64,000 nucleotides of DNA from Caecitellus pseudoparvulus (taxonomy: Eukaryota > Protista > Bigyra: Bicosoecida): positions 1-64,000 of the forward strand of contig CBFFRQ010000065.1 of NCBI GenBank assembly GCA_965644315.1, given 5' to 3'. Made by a program: the position numbers and the translations under genes. Shown one piece after another: positions 24,692 to 35,951 of the stretch. How positions within the stretch are numbered: position 1 is the first letter of the stretch; the number at the start of each line of letters is the position of its first letter. The notes beneath the pieces were generated by a model. That model did no database searches. It was given only the letters and a program-made list of their open reading frames with translations, and was not told where the DNA came from.

Positions 24692-26134
24692 ATGGCAGCC
24701 CAGGCCACCCATGCGAGACTGGCTTCCACCCTGCACAGGGCACAGCACAGCTCACCCGAAGCAACGCGACGGGGCCGCAAGCGCAGACGCCAAACCGCGT
24801 CGGCACCCGACAGTGAGGGCGCTAGGGGAAGCCACAACTACTCCTGGGGTGCCCATGGTGCTTCCCGACTGCAGGCTTCCCTGGCCCCTCGATACGCTGA
24901 CCATGCAAGCGGAGAACCGGGAAGTGAGGCCAGCGTGGCCCCCGCATACGCCCAAGCAAGCGCAGCAGCGGGAAGTGCAGCGACAGAGCAGACACGCCCA
25001 CGTGCCGAAGTGGATGATGCTACCGTGCGGTATGTGTACAGCTGGATGGCGCTGCGCATGGGCCTGTGGAGCGTGCCTGTGCGGGAGCTGACACCGCTGC
25101 TGTTTCTGGGCAACGCAGCAGGGGACGGCAGCAGCGCAGACCCGAGCACCTTGGCCGCCCTGCCCCAGCAGGCGGCGCGCATCACCACGCAGAGCTTCAC
25201 CTTGCCGGCGTCGTTCACACCGAGGAGCCACAGAGTTGAAGTGCCCGCTGTGGGCCTGCGCCACGCAGGGCCAGGAGGGTGGGAGGTCTTGCCAGCGTGG
25301 CCTGCGCGAAGTGTGTACCTGTCAGTGAATGGCAAAGTGGTGCCCAGCCTGGCGCCTCCTGCCAGCTCACCCAGCGCGGGAGTGGACATTGCCTCCGCCT
25401 GTGTCCCAGGCAACAACTCCCTCAAGCTGTGCTGCTACGCGCCTGACGCCGTCGTGGCCCAGGTCCGCCTGGCGCGCATGCTGCCCCCCACCACCACACC
25501 CAGCGCCGTGGCTCGTGCAGCCCTACGCAGCCTGCCTCATGCTGTCTGCACCATGGCCCTGCGCCTCGCCGCGGGGGGGGGTCTGGCCAGCGGAAGGGGG
25601 GGGCAGACGCCGCCGCCTGGTGCCCTTGCGGCGGCCAAGCGTGGGCAGCTGTCTGCGTGCCAGGCTGTGTTTGAGGCGATGGCGGAGTCACGGCGGGGCA
25701 AGAGCAGGGCGCTGGTGTGGGCAGTGGGGGCGAACGGTGATGCGGAAGTGATGGCCACTGGCGTGACCCTGTCCCTGGCTGACCCCCTGACTGGGGCCCC
25801 CTTGCAGTGGCCCGTGCGGGGACAACACTGCACCCACGTCGCATGCATGGACCTCCAAGTACTGCTCACGGGGGCTGCGGAGGGCACACTGACCCTGCAC
25901 ACTGCTGGGTGTCTGGCCTGCCCCCTCTGTCGTGCGCCAGTGCACTGGAGCGAGCTGTGCCTGGACTCAGCCACGCTGGGCCTGCTGCATGCTGTGCGGG
26001 GGGGGGCAACGCAGGGCACACTTGGCCTGCTGCAGGTCCCCCCACCTGCCCAGGAAGTCGGCGGCGGGGAGGAGGGGGCGGCCCCTGTCAGTGTTGCCGT
26101 TGACCACGATGGCTCCTGGACGCTCGTGCCGTGA
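24692..26134 (+). CDS. SP-RING (zf-MIZ) PIAS/SIZ-like SUMO E3 ligase, divergent
   Basis: LSLADPLTGAPLQWPVRGQHCTHVACMD...LACPLC matches the SP-RING pattern. Upstream WP..VYLSVNG..VDI..GNNSL resembles a PINIT-like region. Confidence 0.7.
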   Translation: MAAQATHARLASTLHRAQHSSPEATRRGRKRRRQTASAPDSEGARGSHNYSWGAHGASRLQASLAPRYADHASGEPGSEASVAPAYAQASAAAGSAATEQTRPRAEVDDATVRYVYSWMALRMGLWSVPVRELTPLLFLGNAAGDGSSADPSTLAALPQQAARITTQSFTLPASFTPRSHRVEVPAVGLRHAGPGGWEVLPAWPARSVYLSVNGKVVPSLAPPASSPSAGVDIASACVPGNNSLKLCCYAPDAVVAQVRLARMLPPTTTPSAVARAALRSLPHAVCTMALRLAAGGGLASGRGGQTPPPGALAAAKRGQLSACQAVFEAMAESRRGKSRALVWAVGANGDAEVMATGVTLSLADPLTGAPLQWPVRGQHCTHVACMDLQVLLTGAAEGTLTLHTAGCLACPLCRAPVHWSELCLDSATLGLLHAVRGGATQGTLGLLQVPPPAQEVGGGEEGAAPVSVAVDHDGSWTLVP

Positions 26135-26485
26135 CCGCAGGCACGCTGCAAAGTGGCGATCAGCGGAACCCAGCCACACCGTACTGCACGTGCACAGGGA
26201 CCCAGTGCACCCCAGCAGCTCCCCTCCCCCTGCCACGTGCAGGCTGGCGCCGCTTGCCGCAATGCAGACCCCTAGTACTCCTCAGCACGAGTGCCCACGA
26301 AGTTGGACTCAGACGCGACGCGCCAGTCTTGACTTACCAAGGGCCATAACAAAAGCACTGTGCACTCCTGCACGCTTTTCTTGGCATCCATGTCTTTCCA
26401 TCTCGCCACCTGGCATCGCCTGCACTGGGTCTGACCGTGGCTTTTAGCCCCCTGCGACGCGTGCGGAATCTGACACCACCACGCC

Positions 26486-27457
26486 ATGGCTGACCACAGC
26501 ACTGCAGGGTCGTGGCTGGGTGACTGGCGGGCGGCTTGCGAAGTCCAGGGTGTGGATTGGCTGCTGGCGCTGCTGCATGCTGGCTCCTCTGGTGCCCAGT
26601 GCGGCATGGCGTCGCTGGCGCCGTCTGACATTGCCGAGGCAGCGCGTGTGGCTTGCTCGGAGCAGGCCATGCAACTGTTGCGTGAGCTGCTGGCAATCAC
26701 TGCAAGCCGGGGCCTTGACATGGAGAGTACCTTTGGGGGTGCCTTTCGGACTGCGTGTGAGAGAGGCCGTGCAGACATCGTGCGTGAGTTGCTGAAGGTG
26801 GGAGGCGACAACAGCATCGATGCAAATGTGGACGGGGGGTTTGGTCTCCGGGCTGCCTGCGCCAACGGCCACTTGGAGGTGGTGCACGAACTGCTGGCCT
26901 TGGCAGGCGAAAGGGAAGTGGATGTCCATGCAGTCGCAGAGTGTGCTTTTCGGGATGCCTGTGCGCACGGCCACGTTCAAGTGGTGCGCGAGCTGCTGAG
27001 CCTGTCCGGCCACCGCGAAGTCGATGTGCACGCGATCGGAGAGTTCGCCATTCGCGAGGCATGCTCTCGTGGTCACCTTCACGTGGTGCGTCAGCTGCTG
27101 GCCTTGGCCGGTCACCGTGAAGTGGACGTGCACGTTGACGAGGAGTTCGCCTTCAGATGGGCATGTGCGCACGGCCACGCTGAAGTGGTGCGCGAGCTGC
27201 TGAGCCTGACTGGCCACCGTGAAGTCGATGTCCATGCACGGGAGGAGGGTGCATTCTGGGAGGCTTGCGCCCAGGAACAGCTGGGTGTGGTGCGGGAGCT
27301 GCTTGGCCTCACGGGCCGTCGTGCCACCCCACAGCAGGTCAGACGCAAAGCTGGTCACTTTGCGCAGCAACCTGCCAAGGATGCCGCATGGGCTGGCACG
27401 AGCAGTCGATTGGGCAGGCAGGCCATGGTGCTGCTGCGGGCAGGTGCGTCGGCTTGA
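26486..27457 (+). CDS. Intronless ankyrin-repeat protein
   Basis: About six ankyrin units of the form EVDVHA..E.AFR.AC..GH..VVRELL.L.GHR. Confidence 0.9.
   Translation: MADHSTAGSWLGDWRAACEVQGVDWLLALLHAGSSGAQCGMASLAPSDIAEAARVACSEQAMQLLRELLAITASRGLDMESTFGGAFRTACERGRADIVRELLKVGGDNSIDANVDGGFGLRAACANGHLEVVHELLALAGEREVDVHAVAECAFRDACAHGHVQVVRELLSLSGHREVDVHAIGEFAIREACSRGHLHVVRQLLALAGHREVDVHVDEEFAFRWACAHGHAEVVRELLSLTGHREVDVHAREEGAFWEACAQEQLGVVRELLGLTGRRATPQQVRRKAGHFAQQPAKDAAWAGTSSRLGRQAMVLLRAGASA
26813..27322 (+). repeat. 102-bp (34-aa) ankyrin tandem repeats
   Basis: The EVDVH codon block recurs at 26915, 27017, 27119 and 27221, an exact 102-nt period. Confidence 0.9.
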
Positions 27458-27729
27458 TGGAGGTGGCCTGGTGTGCCCGATGCCACAACGGCTGGCAATG
27501 GGCACACTCACGAATGCCTTGACGCATTGGAAGCTCGCGCTGGCGCCCAGCGGGCTTGTTGTTATCGTGATGGGCTTGGGTATCCAACAAGAGCCCAGAG
27601 CCTTCGCGCCTCGGCATAACCAACGCCAGGCCACAATCCAAACACCTCACCCAGTCCACTGCCTCCCTCAGTGTGCATTGGTTGTACTTGGTCGCTTGAT
27701 CTTGCGCCATGCTTGCCTGTGCGTGGCAG

Positions 27730-30080
27730 GATGGCACGCAAGCCCTTCCCTTGTGGGGTGGTGGTGTGTCTGCGGAATCTGAAAGCTGTGAGTGTCGCCT
27801 GCAACAAACCCCGGCTGTGCGCCAGGCCTCATCACCTGACCCGCGCTGCGCCTGCAGCGCTGGTTGAATGCCTTTGGACGCGTAGACTGTGGAGTTGGCC
27901 GGAGGCTGCGGAGGAATTGGCCAAGGCACGGGCAGCAGACTGGGTTTCGCGCGGGACGTTGACTCGTGAGGCGCGCGATCACACTGTGGACCTGCTCTCA
28001 AGCCTCGCCGCAAGTGATGTCGACAGGGCAGCTGTTTTCATCGCCATGTCTGCATATGCAGGTTGCCAGGTGAGTCAAGCCGTGCACCGCCAGGGGCTGG
28101 CGTCGTACCTGATCTGCGTATCCCATGCTGCGCCCACAGACCGTGCCAGACCTGGTTACCCTCTCCGCTCTGCTTGAGCCAAGCATGCTGTCACGCTTGT
28201 ATGAGTGTTGTCCGGTGCGAGGACCATCAGGGCACCCTGGTCTTGATTTGGCCAGCTTCCTGTGGAGCACCTTGGGGTGCAGTGCGCAGAAGCTGCTGGG
28301 GGAGCTAGAGGCAGGCGGCACAGGGTCCTTGAAAGGGCAAGGAAGTGGTGAGGCAGCCGAGGTTCTTGGCCAGTTGGCGGCTGCACTCCGACAGCAGGTC
28401 AAGGAGGAGGAGGCCAGGCAGCTGGCTCACATTCAGCGAAGGGTCGAAAAGAGGTTTGACGAGAGGATCGCAAAACTGAATGCTGAGCTGGCAGACTGCA
28501 TCAATCGTGCCATCGAAGAACTGAAAGAGAGCGAGTGTGACGAACAAGTGGTGCTGGCAGCGAAGCATGCGGTGGTGTGGCTTTGTGTGAGTGGAGTGCC
28601 GCTGCGCACTCGAACTGCCTCCGCCCTCACGTGCTCGTCTGTGTGCCGGCGCAGAAGCGGTCCTTGCACGAAATGGTGCAGCTGGTACTGCGCCCTGACG
28701 TCATCAAGCGCGCGCATGCACTGGTGAGCGAAGCTGGAAATGATCCGAAGATGGTATGGAGCTTCGGCTGCCTCCTGAGCAAGTGCATAAATGCTGTTCC
28801 ATCGAAGCTATTGGCGAACCAGCGAGAAGAGTGGCTTGTGCCTCTAAAGGAGCTGACCAAGAGCGCATGGGAGTCCTACTTAGTGGAAGATCTGACACCT
28901 GAGTCTTGGAAGGCGCTGTCCTTCATCCGACGCAAGTACATGGAGCAAGCTGCGGAGCGTGACTTCCCTGCCTTTCTGGCACGCTTCGATGATGCAGCAG
29001 GTCGGATCGAGGCAGCCATTGCGGACCTGGAGCGCAGCGAGTGTCCTGAGCCAGCTGTGCAGGCAGCCAAGTGCGCCCTGATGCGGGCAGGGGTGAGTGA
29101 AGGCGCAAGCCAGATGCGTAGGGAGAGTCGCCTGCACCGTGTACGTGTGCTCGTGTGCGCAGGAAAACGCGGTCATCGAGACAGTGCTGGCACTGCTAGA
29201 CCCCGATGTCGTGAAGGCGGCCTTCGTGCTGCTGGATGGCTCTGCGGGGCCTGAGACGACCTCCGGCCTGCTGTGGGACTTCCTGCGACATGCTGTGGTC
29301 ATTCCACCCAGACGCTTCCTACACTTTCTCGTTCGCGACAGGGTGGCTCGGCCCAAGAGCCTGTCAGATGAGGTTGGCTGGCAGACGTTCCTGGCACAGA
29401 GCCTGAGGCCCGCTGTAGAGCGAGCACTGGCCGCCACCCGCTTGGTGGAGCTGAGCGAGGCGGTGCGGACTGGCTTCGCTGATGCCATGCAGTACCTGCA
29501 CGGGGCGGAGGAGCAGCAGATCCGGAATGCCTTGACAGCTGCGGAGAAAAATGGGTGCTCTACGAGTGCCGTGTTGGCGGCGAGGTTTGCACTTATGGTG
29601 CTGTGCGAAGCTGACCGACGGGCCACCAGGTTCTGCAGCTGCGGCTGGTGGACTGCGAAAGAAATGCGCACGAAGGGGCCTTGCCGCTGCTCATACCGCA
29701 ATTTCAAGATGCAGACAGTGGTGCTGATGTTGAGTCCGGAAGTCTTGAAGCTGTCGCATAAGCTCTTGGGAAGCCCGGAAAGCAACGGAACAGCGTTGAG
29801 TGCGCTGGCCAACTTCTTTGCCAGCTGCGTGGTGCATCGCCCGCCTGTGCTGCTTGAGAAGCTGCAGCATGGCGCGTTTGTGGAGCCATATCACCCTGTA
29901 GAGCCTGTTGAGCTGTCCACGACGCGTGTCGGATCCAAGGACGAGTCGCAGGCTGAGTGTTGGGAGGAGCTCACCAAGTTGCTGGCACGGCTGACGAAAG
30001 GGAGCGAGGTCACGCGGACACAGCCATCGGGGACACGGCAGTGCATGCCTGTGCCCGGGAAGTGGACCAGGGGCCACTAG
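27730..30080 (+). CDS. Orphan multi-exon protein with four internal copies of an unrecognised helical domain (ends uncertain)
   Basis: ORFs 27671..28177, 28125..28727, 28577..29254 and 29097..30080 join in frame through GTGAGT..CAG introns at 28070-28139, 28587-28654 and 29093-29162. The internal repeats align with each other. Confidence 0.65.
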
Positions 30081-31337
30081 GCCTGCAGACTGGGTTTGAG
30101 GTAGCGTTCGATCGGCTCTGGTGCGGTGCTGGTGCTTTGAGCGTGGCTCAGCCTCGCCACTGCAAAGCCACACGCGGCAGCCCTGCCTTTCCGCGCAACG
30201 GAGTCCACCGCGCGTGGGGAAAAGGTTGGCCTCGTATGGAAGTGCTGGGGGGTGTGAGTGACCTGGCGACCTACTCACTGCAGTGCTGCATCTCGCTGCC
30301 ATGGGAAAGTGCTGGGACAGGGTTCACTTTCATGAGGAGTTGCCATGGATTGCGTTACAAGGACATGGAGCAGAGGCAGAGGCCCCCGTGTCACTTGCTG
30401 GAAGAGTGCGAGCAAGGGTGGCAAGTGTGGCTTTGGCTGGAGCCTTTCATTCGTCCTCATCGCTCTCCCTGCCCGCACTTGCCCGGTGACTACCAGGCCG
30501 CGCAGCGGCAGCAGCAGCAGCAGTTCCGTCAGGGGGCAGGCTGCTGGTGGAGCCTGCCATGCAGTCTGGGCCGACCAGTGCAAAGTAACCCTGAACATCG
30601 GTCTGACGTTGTGCCGGCTCAGCGTCTCTCACAGAGTCTCCTGCAAGTGAGCAGTAGATAAAGTACAGGCCAAACCCGTCGCCGGAGAAGGTTAATCTTC
30701 CACTTTGCTCCTCGTCTGAGGCCTGGCGGACTCGACAGCCAAATCCGAGTCTTGTATCCCACTCAAGCCTCGGATTGCGTCGGCAATTCGCCGGCGTTGG
30801 TTCTTCGCCAGGCACTGAAAAGCTGGTGGAAGCTGGTGCGGAGCAGCTTCCTCTGAGTCACTTCCAACACCCATCCCAGCGCCGTGCAAGCTTTGTGAGC
30901 GGCCAGCCATGCTTCCTTGGGAGTGATTTGATTATTTCTTGTGTGAATTCCGGCGTTGGGCCCAGGAAAGATGCTATGCGGTCCCCACGGTTGCCGCTTT
31001 GCGCCTCCGGTGCTCAAACGAAACGCAGGGCCGCGCGCAGCCACGTGCGAGGAGGGGCAGCGGCTGAGCCAGCCAGGCGTTGCCCAGGGCAAGATATGAA
31101 GCCCAAGGGAAGTCTGGGGGGGTTTGAGTGCGACGCTATGGGATTTGAAGCAGTTAGATCCGCTGCGGTGGCAGGCCAGCATCGCTCAAAGCAGTCGCTG
31201 AAACGCTGCACCGAGCCATGGTCTGCATTTCCAACGCAAAATACAACACCCTGTGCGTTCTTGCACATTCGAGTGTCCCCTGGTGGTGCCAAGCTGAGGA
31301 TAGCTTAAGTTTCCTGTCGCTTGCTGCTCAAATCGCC

Positions 31338-32582
31338 ATGGACTTCGTGGGCACACTTTGCTGGCTTTGTGGTGCAGCATTGCTCGCTGCGGGCTTGGTT
31401 GTGCTGGTCGCAGCGCTGGTGGCCTTCGCGCCCCAGACGTTTATCCACGAGGAAGACGTGTCTAACCGAGGTGGGAGGGTTCCGTTTGATCCGGTTTGGC
31501 CTCTCATCCGGGCCCTGGTGTCGCCGCTGAAGGCTTTCGTGTACGACCCCGTCAACGCGGGTGAAACGCTGCCGCCTCTGAGCCGCACGTTCCTCGGGGT
31601 GCGCGTGCAGCCGGAGTTGCTGGCAGGCCTGCATGCCCTCCGGCGTAAAAGTCACGCAGAGGACCCACGGGATGGCGCTGCTGAGCCCAGCACGCCTCTC
31701 TTCTACCTGGAAGTAGTGAGCTTTGCTCAGTTCATCGTCATGATGGCGAACCCCGCATTTCCCTTCGCCCTACTGGGCTCTGTCCACGCGCGCACGCGCA
31801 TCATGCAGCAAGCCCCCATTCCGATGGGGGCACAGCTGAAACTGTGCACGTGGCTCGGCTCTGCACGCCCTCACCGCCGGGGGACCGAGGTGGACTTCCA
31901 CGCAGAGGCGACGGTTCAGGGCGCGTCAGGCGCGGCGTGGAAGAACACCACCACGGTGCTGTTCTTCCACCGCCGCCCCCACGCCCAGCAAAAGGGCACC
32001 GCGTACGAGCCCCAGCTTCGCTCCAGTGCGCTGGTGGACGAGGGCGTGCCGCTGGCCGTGGACACTGGGTTCGTGTACGCTGCCCTGTGCAAGGACTACA
32101 ACCCCATCCACCTCATGGGCTGGTCGGCACGCCTCTTCGGCTTCAAACGCGCCATCGTGCACGGTATGTGCCTGCTGGAAAAGAGCCTGCCGGCGCTGCA
32201 GGACACGGCCGTTGCTCTGCACAGCCTGTCGCCTGCCACGGTGGGCGGCCCCATCACAGACCTGCAGGTGGAGGTGGAGCAGCAGCTGATGCAGGGGCTG
32301 CGTGGCGCGCCAGCGCCGCTGCGTCGGCGACTGTTGGAGGGGGCGGCGGCCACCACGCCCTTGGTGCTCACCGTCAACTTCCGCAAGCCGGTCTTCCTGC
32401 CGTCCATGCCGCGGGTGCAGACGCACGTCGCGTCCCCGGACGCCATCGCTGAGGCTGTGGGGGGCGATGGCTGGGCGGGGCCTGCCTCCGCCTTCAGCGG
32501 TGTCGCCGTCGCGTACGAGGTGCGGGATGAGCAGGACAGTGTGTGCCTGCATGGCACGCTGGCACTGGCACCGGCAGTGTAA
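31338..32582 (+). CDS. MaoC-like (hotdog-fold) dehydratase/hydratase with an N-terminal membrane anchor
   Basis: Hydratase-2 motif YAALCKDYNPIHL...ARLFGFKRAIVHGM, FPFALLGSVH and VNFRKPVFLPS; hydrophobic N-terminus. Confidence 0.85.
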   Translation: MDFVGTLCWLCGAALLAAGLVVLVAALVAFAPQTFIHEEDVSNRGGRVPFDPVWPLIRALVSPLKAFVYDPVNAGETLPPLSRTFLGVRVQPELLAGLHALRRKSHAEDPRDGAAEPSTPLFYLEVVSFAQFIVMMANPAFPFALLGSVHARTRIMQQAPIPMGAQLKLCTWLGSARPHRRGTEVDFHAEATVQGASGAAWKNTTTVLFFHRRPHAQQKGTAYEPQLRSSALVDEGVPLAVDTGFVYAALCKDYNPIHLMGWSARLFGFKRAIVHGMCLLEKSLPALQDTAVALHSLSPATVGGPITDLQVEVEQQLMQGLRGAPAPLRRRLLEGAAATTPLVLTVNFRKPVFLPSMPRVQTHVASPDAIAEAVGGDGWAGPASAFSGVAVAYEVRDEQDSVCLHGTLALAPAV

Positions 32583-32738
32583 AATTCAAATCCTCCCATG
32601 CTCTGCGTGCTGTTGGTGCGAGAGCCCTGACGCCCTGCTGTGAGCACTGCGCTGTGTGCGCTGTGTGCGCCGTGTACACCGTGTGCGCCGGCACCGCCAG
32701 GCAGAGCCACCACGAACCTGCTCACCACGCGCACCACC

Positions 32739-35700
32739 ATGCCCATAGCGTACGCCCAGGTGCTGGGAACCAGCACCGGGGACTCCACTCCCAGTGTTCT
32801 TGTTGCCATTGACAATACCCGGTGCGCCATCGCGATGTCTCGGGGCGACAGCACCTGCAAACACACTCCGGCGGGGTGGCTCGATTTCCGCAGGGTGGTG
32901 ATTAATGCGGGGGAAGGCCTGCAGCGGCAGTGCATGGAGCACCGGGTGCGCCTGGCCCGGTGCAGCTGCATTGCTCTGACACACCTGGACTACACCAGCT
33001 TCGGAGGCCTGCCAGGTGAGCACCGGCTGCTGGAACCCTTGCAAGCCACCCGGTAGCTACAGCAACCCCCCGCCCCGTGCACAGGCATGACGCTGACGCT
33101 GGCTGACATGGGCCGCAAGTCCATGCGCCTGGTGGCGCCCCCTGGCCTCACCGCTGCCCTCCTCGCCACTCGCCCCTTCCTGCGCCGAGCTGACGTCACC
33201 CTCACCACGACGGAGGTGTACCCCGCCCCCCCCGCAGCGGATGCCGCCCCCCTCCTCAGCAGCGTGCCCCTGGAGGGGGGCAGCACCCTGCTCTCCGCCT
33301 GCGTCCTACCACGGGGCATGGCTGTGCAGGTGCCGGCGGTGGCATCAGTGGCGGCAGCCCTGACCCCCCCTCCCACTCCCGAGGGGGCCCCCCACCCCGA
33401 TGCCACCCGCCTGCAGGCTCCCACCTGCCCCCTCCTCCTCACCAGTGTGGGGTCCCCCGCAGGGCCCCGGCAGTGGCCTGTGCACGCCACCGACGCGGCG
33501 GCAGCCGTTAAGGCCCTCACCCCAGCGGTGACCGGGGCCCCCCCCCCTCCGGAGGGGATGCCCCCGCCCCCCCTCCCCGTCGCCCTGCACGCGGTGGTGT
33601 CCCCCCCCCAGCGGGGCAAGTTCCACCCCAAGCGAGCCCTGGCGCTGGGGGTGCCCAAGGGCCCCAGCTTCGGAGCGCTGTCTCGGGGGGAGGCAGTGAC
33701 TCTGCCCTCTGGCGCCACTGTGCTGCCGGAGCAGTGCAAGGACCCAGACGTGCCTGGCGTGGCGGTGGTGGTGGTGCCATGCCCCACGGCAGACCATTTG
33801 GAGGCGGTGGCGGGGAGTGCGCTGTGGGACACGTGGGGGGGGTCGGACCCCCCCTCCCGCCTCGTCGCCGCCTTCCACACTGGCCCTGTGGGGGTGGTGT
33901 CCTCGCCCGCATACCTGGCGTGGGTGGCCAGTCTAGGCCCATCGGTGACTCACGTGTTCTTGAACGAACACATGTCCAGCCAGGCCCCTGTGTTCCGCGC
34001 CTCCGCCGCCCACGCAACTGCCCTGCACTTGCTCCACCCCCGCATCTTCCCCCTGCCGCACCCCCACGCGACGGCGCCAGAGTCCCTGTGCCTACCTCAG
34101 ATCGTGCGTCGGGCACAGGTCGCGCCCCTGCCCCCCGCCACCGCCACGCCCACCCTGGACATGGACGCACCTGCTGCCCGCGGCACCAAGCGCAAGCGCA
34201 AGGGGGGGGGTCCGCCCACCCCCTCCGAGCCCTATGCCCCCGTGCAGGACGCCACGTCAGTGCCAGTGGACGGCAAGCCTCTGGCCCAGCGCCTGGACCC
34301 GGCCGTGTACGGGGGTGCAGAGGGGGGGTCCGCCGGCCCCCTCGTCGTGGGGGGACAGCCCCTGCTCAAGCTCCACCTCCTGCCCGCCCAGCGCGAGGGG
34401 GTGGTGGACGTGGCCTTCGTGCGGGACACGGAAGCCTCTGCCGCTGACATCCGGTCGCACCTCTTCGCCACCCTGTCCCAGCCCGGCATGCAGCCCCTGC
34501 TGCCGGCACTGGCGGCAGCCCTGCACGCGCGAGGGGGGGGGCGGGGCGCTGCTGCTGCACCCACCTCCCCCGCGTCTGTGCTGCAGCCCCTGCCAGGCGG
34601 CGCCACGGAGCTGGGTGCAGCCCTGGCTCTGGCAGGGGCGGGTGAGGGGGGGGATGGCGCGGCACCCCCCTCGCACCCCCCTCCTCCCGGCCCTGCCAGC
34701 GCCGTGCACAGTGTGCCACCCCTAGAATTGGGTGCGCCGGCGCCAAGCCCACACCCTGTGCCGCAGCCTGCTGGGGACGACGGCGATGAGGGCAGTGACG
34801 CCGACCTGACGCCACACACCCACGCCAGGCCAACGCTGGCACCTGGCGCCTGTGCGCCAACGCCTGAAGGCGAGCACTCCTGGACGTTCAAACATGCCGA
34901 AGCAGCCAGTGCAGCAGCAAGTGCAGCTGGCATTGCATCGGCGCAGCAGGTGCCGCTGCCGGCCAGCGCTGCCGTGGCGTTTCTCGGCACGGGCAGTGCG
35001 TTGCCGAGCAAATACCGCAACGTGACTGGCGTGTGGGCTCGGACGCCGACAGGCGCCGGCATGCTGCTGGACGCGGGAGAGGGCACATTTGGACAGCTCG
35101 TCCGTCTGTTTGGGCGGGGTGGTGTGCCGGCGCAGGCGGTGTCGGCGCCGGACGAGTCACTGCCCACCAGCGCCGCTGACGCAGTGGCACGCTTGGGCCT
35201 GGCGTGGATCTCCCACATGCACGCTGACCACCACCTGGGCCTGCCCCGCATCCTGGCGGAGCGGCCCGCCACCTGCCCCCCCCTGGTCATCCTGGCGCCG
35301 TCTGAGATGCGGCAGTGGCTGGTTGAATTGTCTGCCATCATGCCCGGCCTAGCGGGCAAGTGGCGTTTCTTGCCCTGTGCCGCCTTCGACGCCTTCCCCG
35401 GCGCCGCCCCAGGGCGCGTGGAGGGCGGCCAGAGCAAGGCCTGCCGCGGGCTGGTGGGCCCAGAGGAGGCCGAGGCATGGGCCCACGCCTCCGCCCTCTG
35501 CGGCTTCCACGCCCTGCACACCGCCCGCGTCGTGCACTGTGACGACGCCTGGGCACTGCGCCTGCAGGGCGGCACGGACTGGAGCCTGACCGTGTCAGGG
35601 GACTGCCGGCCCTGTGACTCCGTCGCCGCCCTGGCGGCCGGCACGTCCCTGCTGGTGCACGAGGCCACCTTCGCTGACGGTGCGGAAATTGAAGCCGTCG

Positions 35701-35951
35701 CCAAGCGGCACGCCACGGCAGGCGAGGCGCTGCACGTGGCTGCCACGGCGCAGGCACAGGCCACGCTGCTGTACCACTTCTCGCAGCGCTACCCTAAGCT
35801 GCCTGCCATCAACCCTGCCAGCAAAGTGCCCGTGTGCGTCGCGTATGACTTCATGACCGTCACTGGCGCAGACCTGCCTAGCCTGCCGGCACTGTGGCCC
35901 GCCCTCTGCGCTGTGTACGCGAGCGAGGCGGTGCAGGAGGGCGCGGCTTAG
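32739..35951 (+). CDS. ELAC2: Ribonuclease Z, long form (tRNA 3'-processing endonuclease)
   Basis: N-terminal NAGEGLQR..EHRVRL and GGLPG|MTLTL (intron ~33016-33085), exosite GKF..KRALALGVPKGP, and FLGTGSALPSKYRNV, LLDAGEGT, HMHADHH, SGDCRPC, HEATF and HFSQRYPK. Confidence 0.93.
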
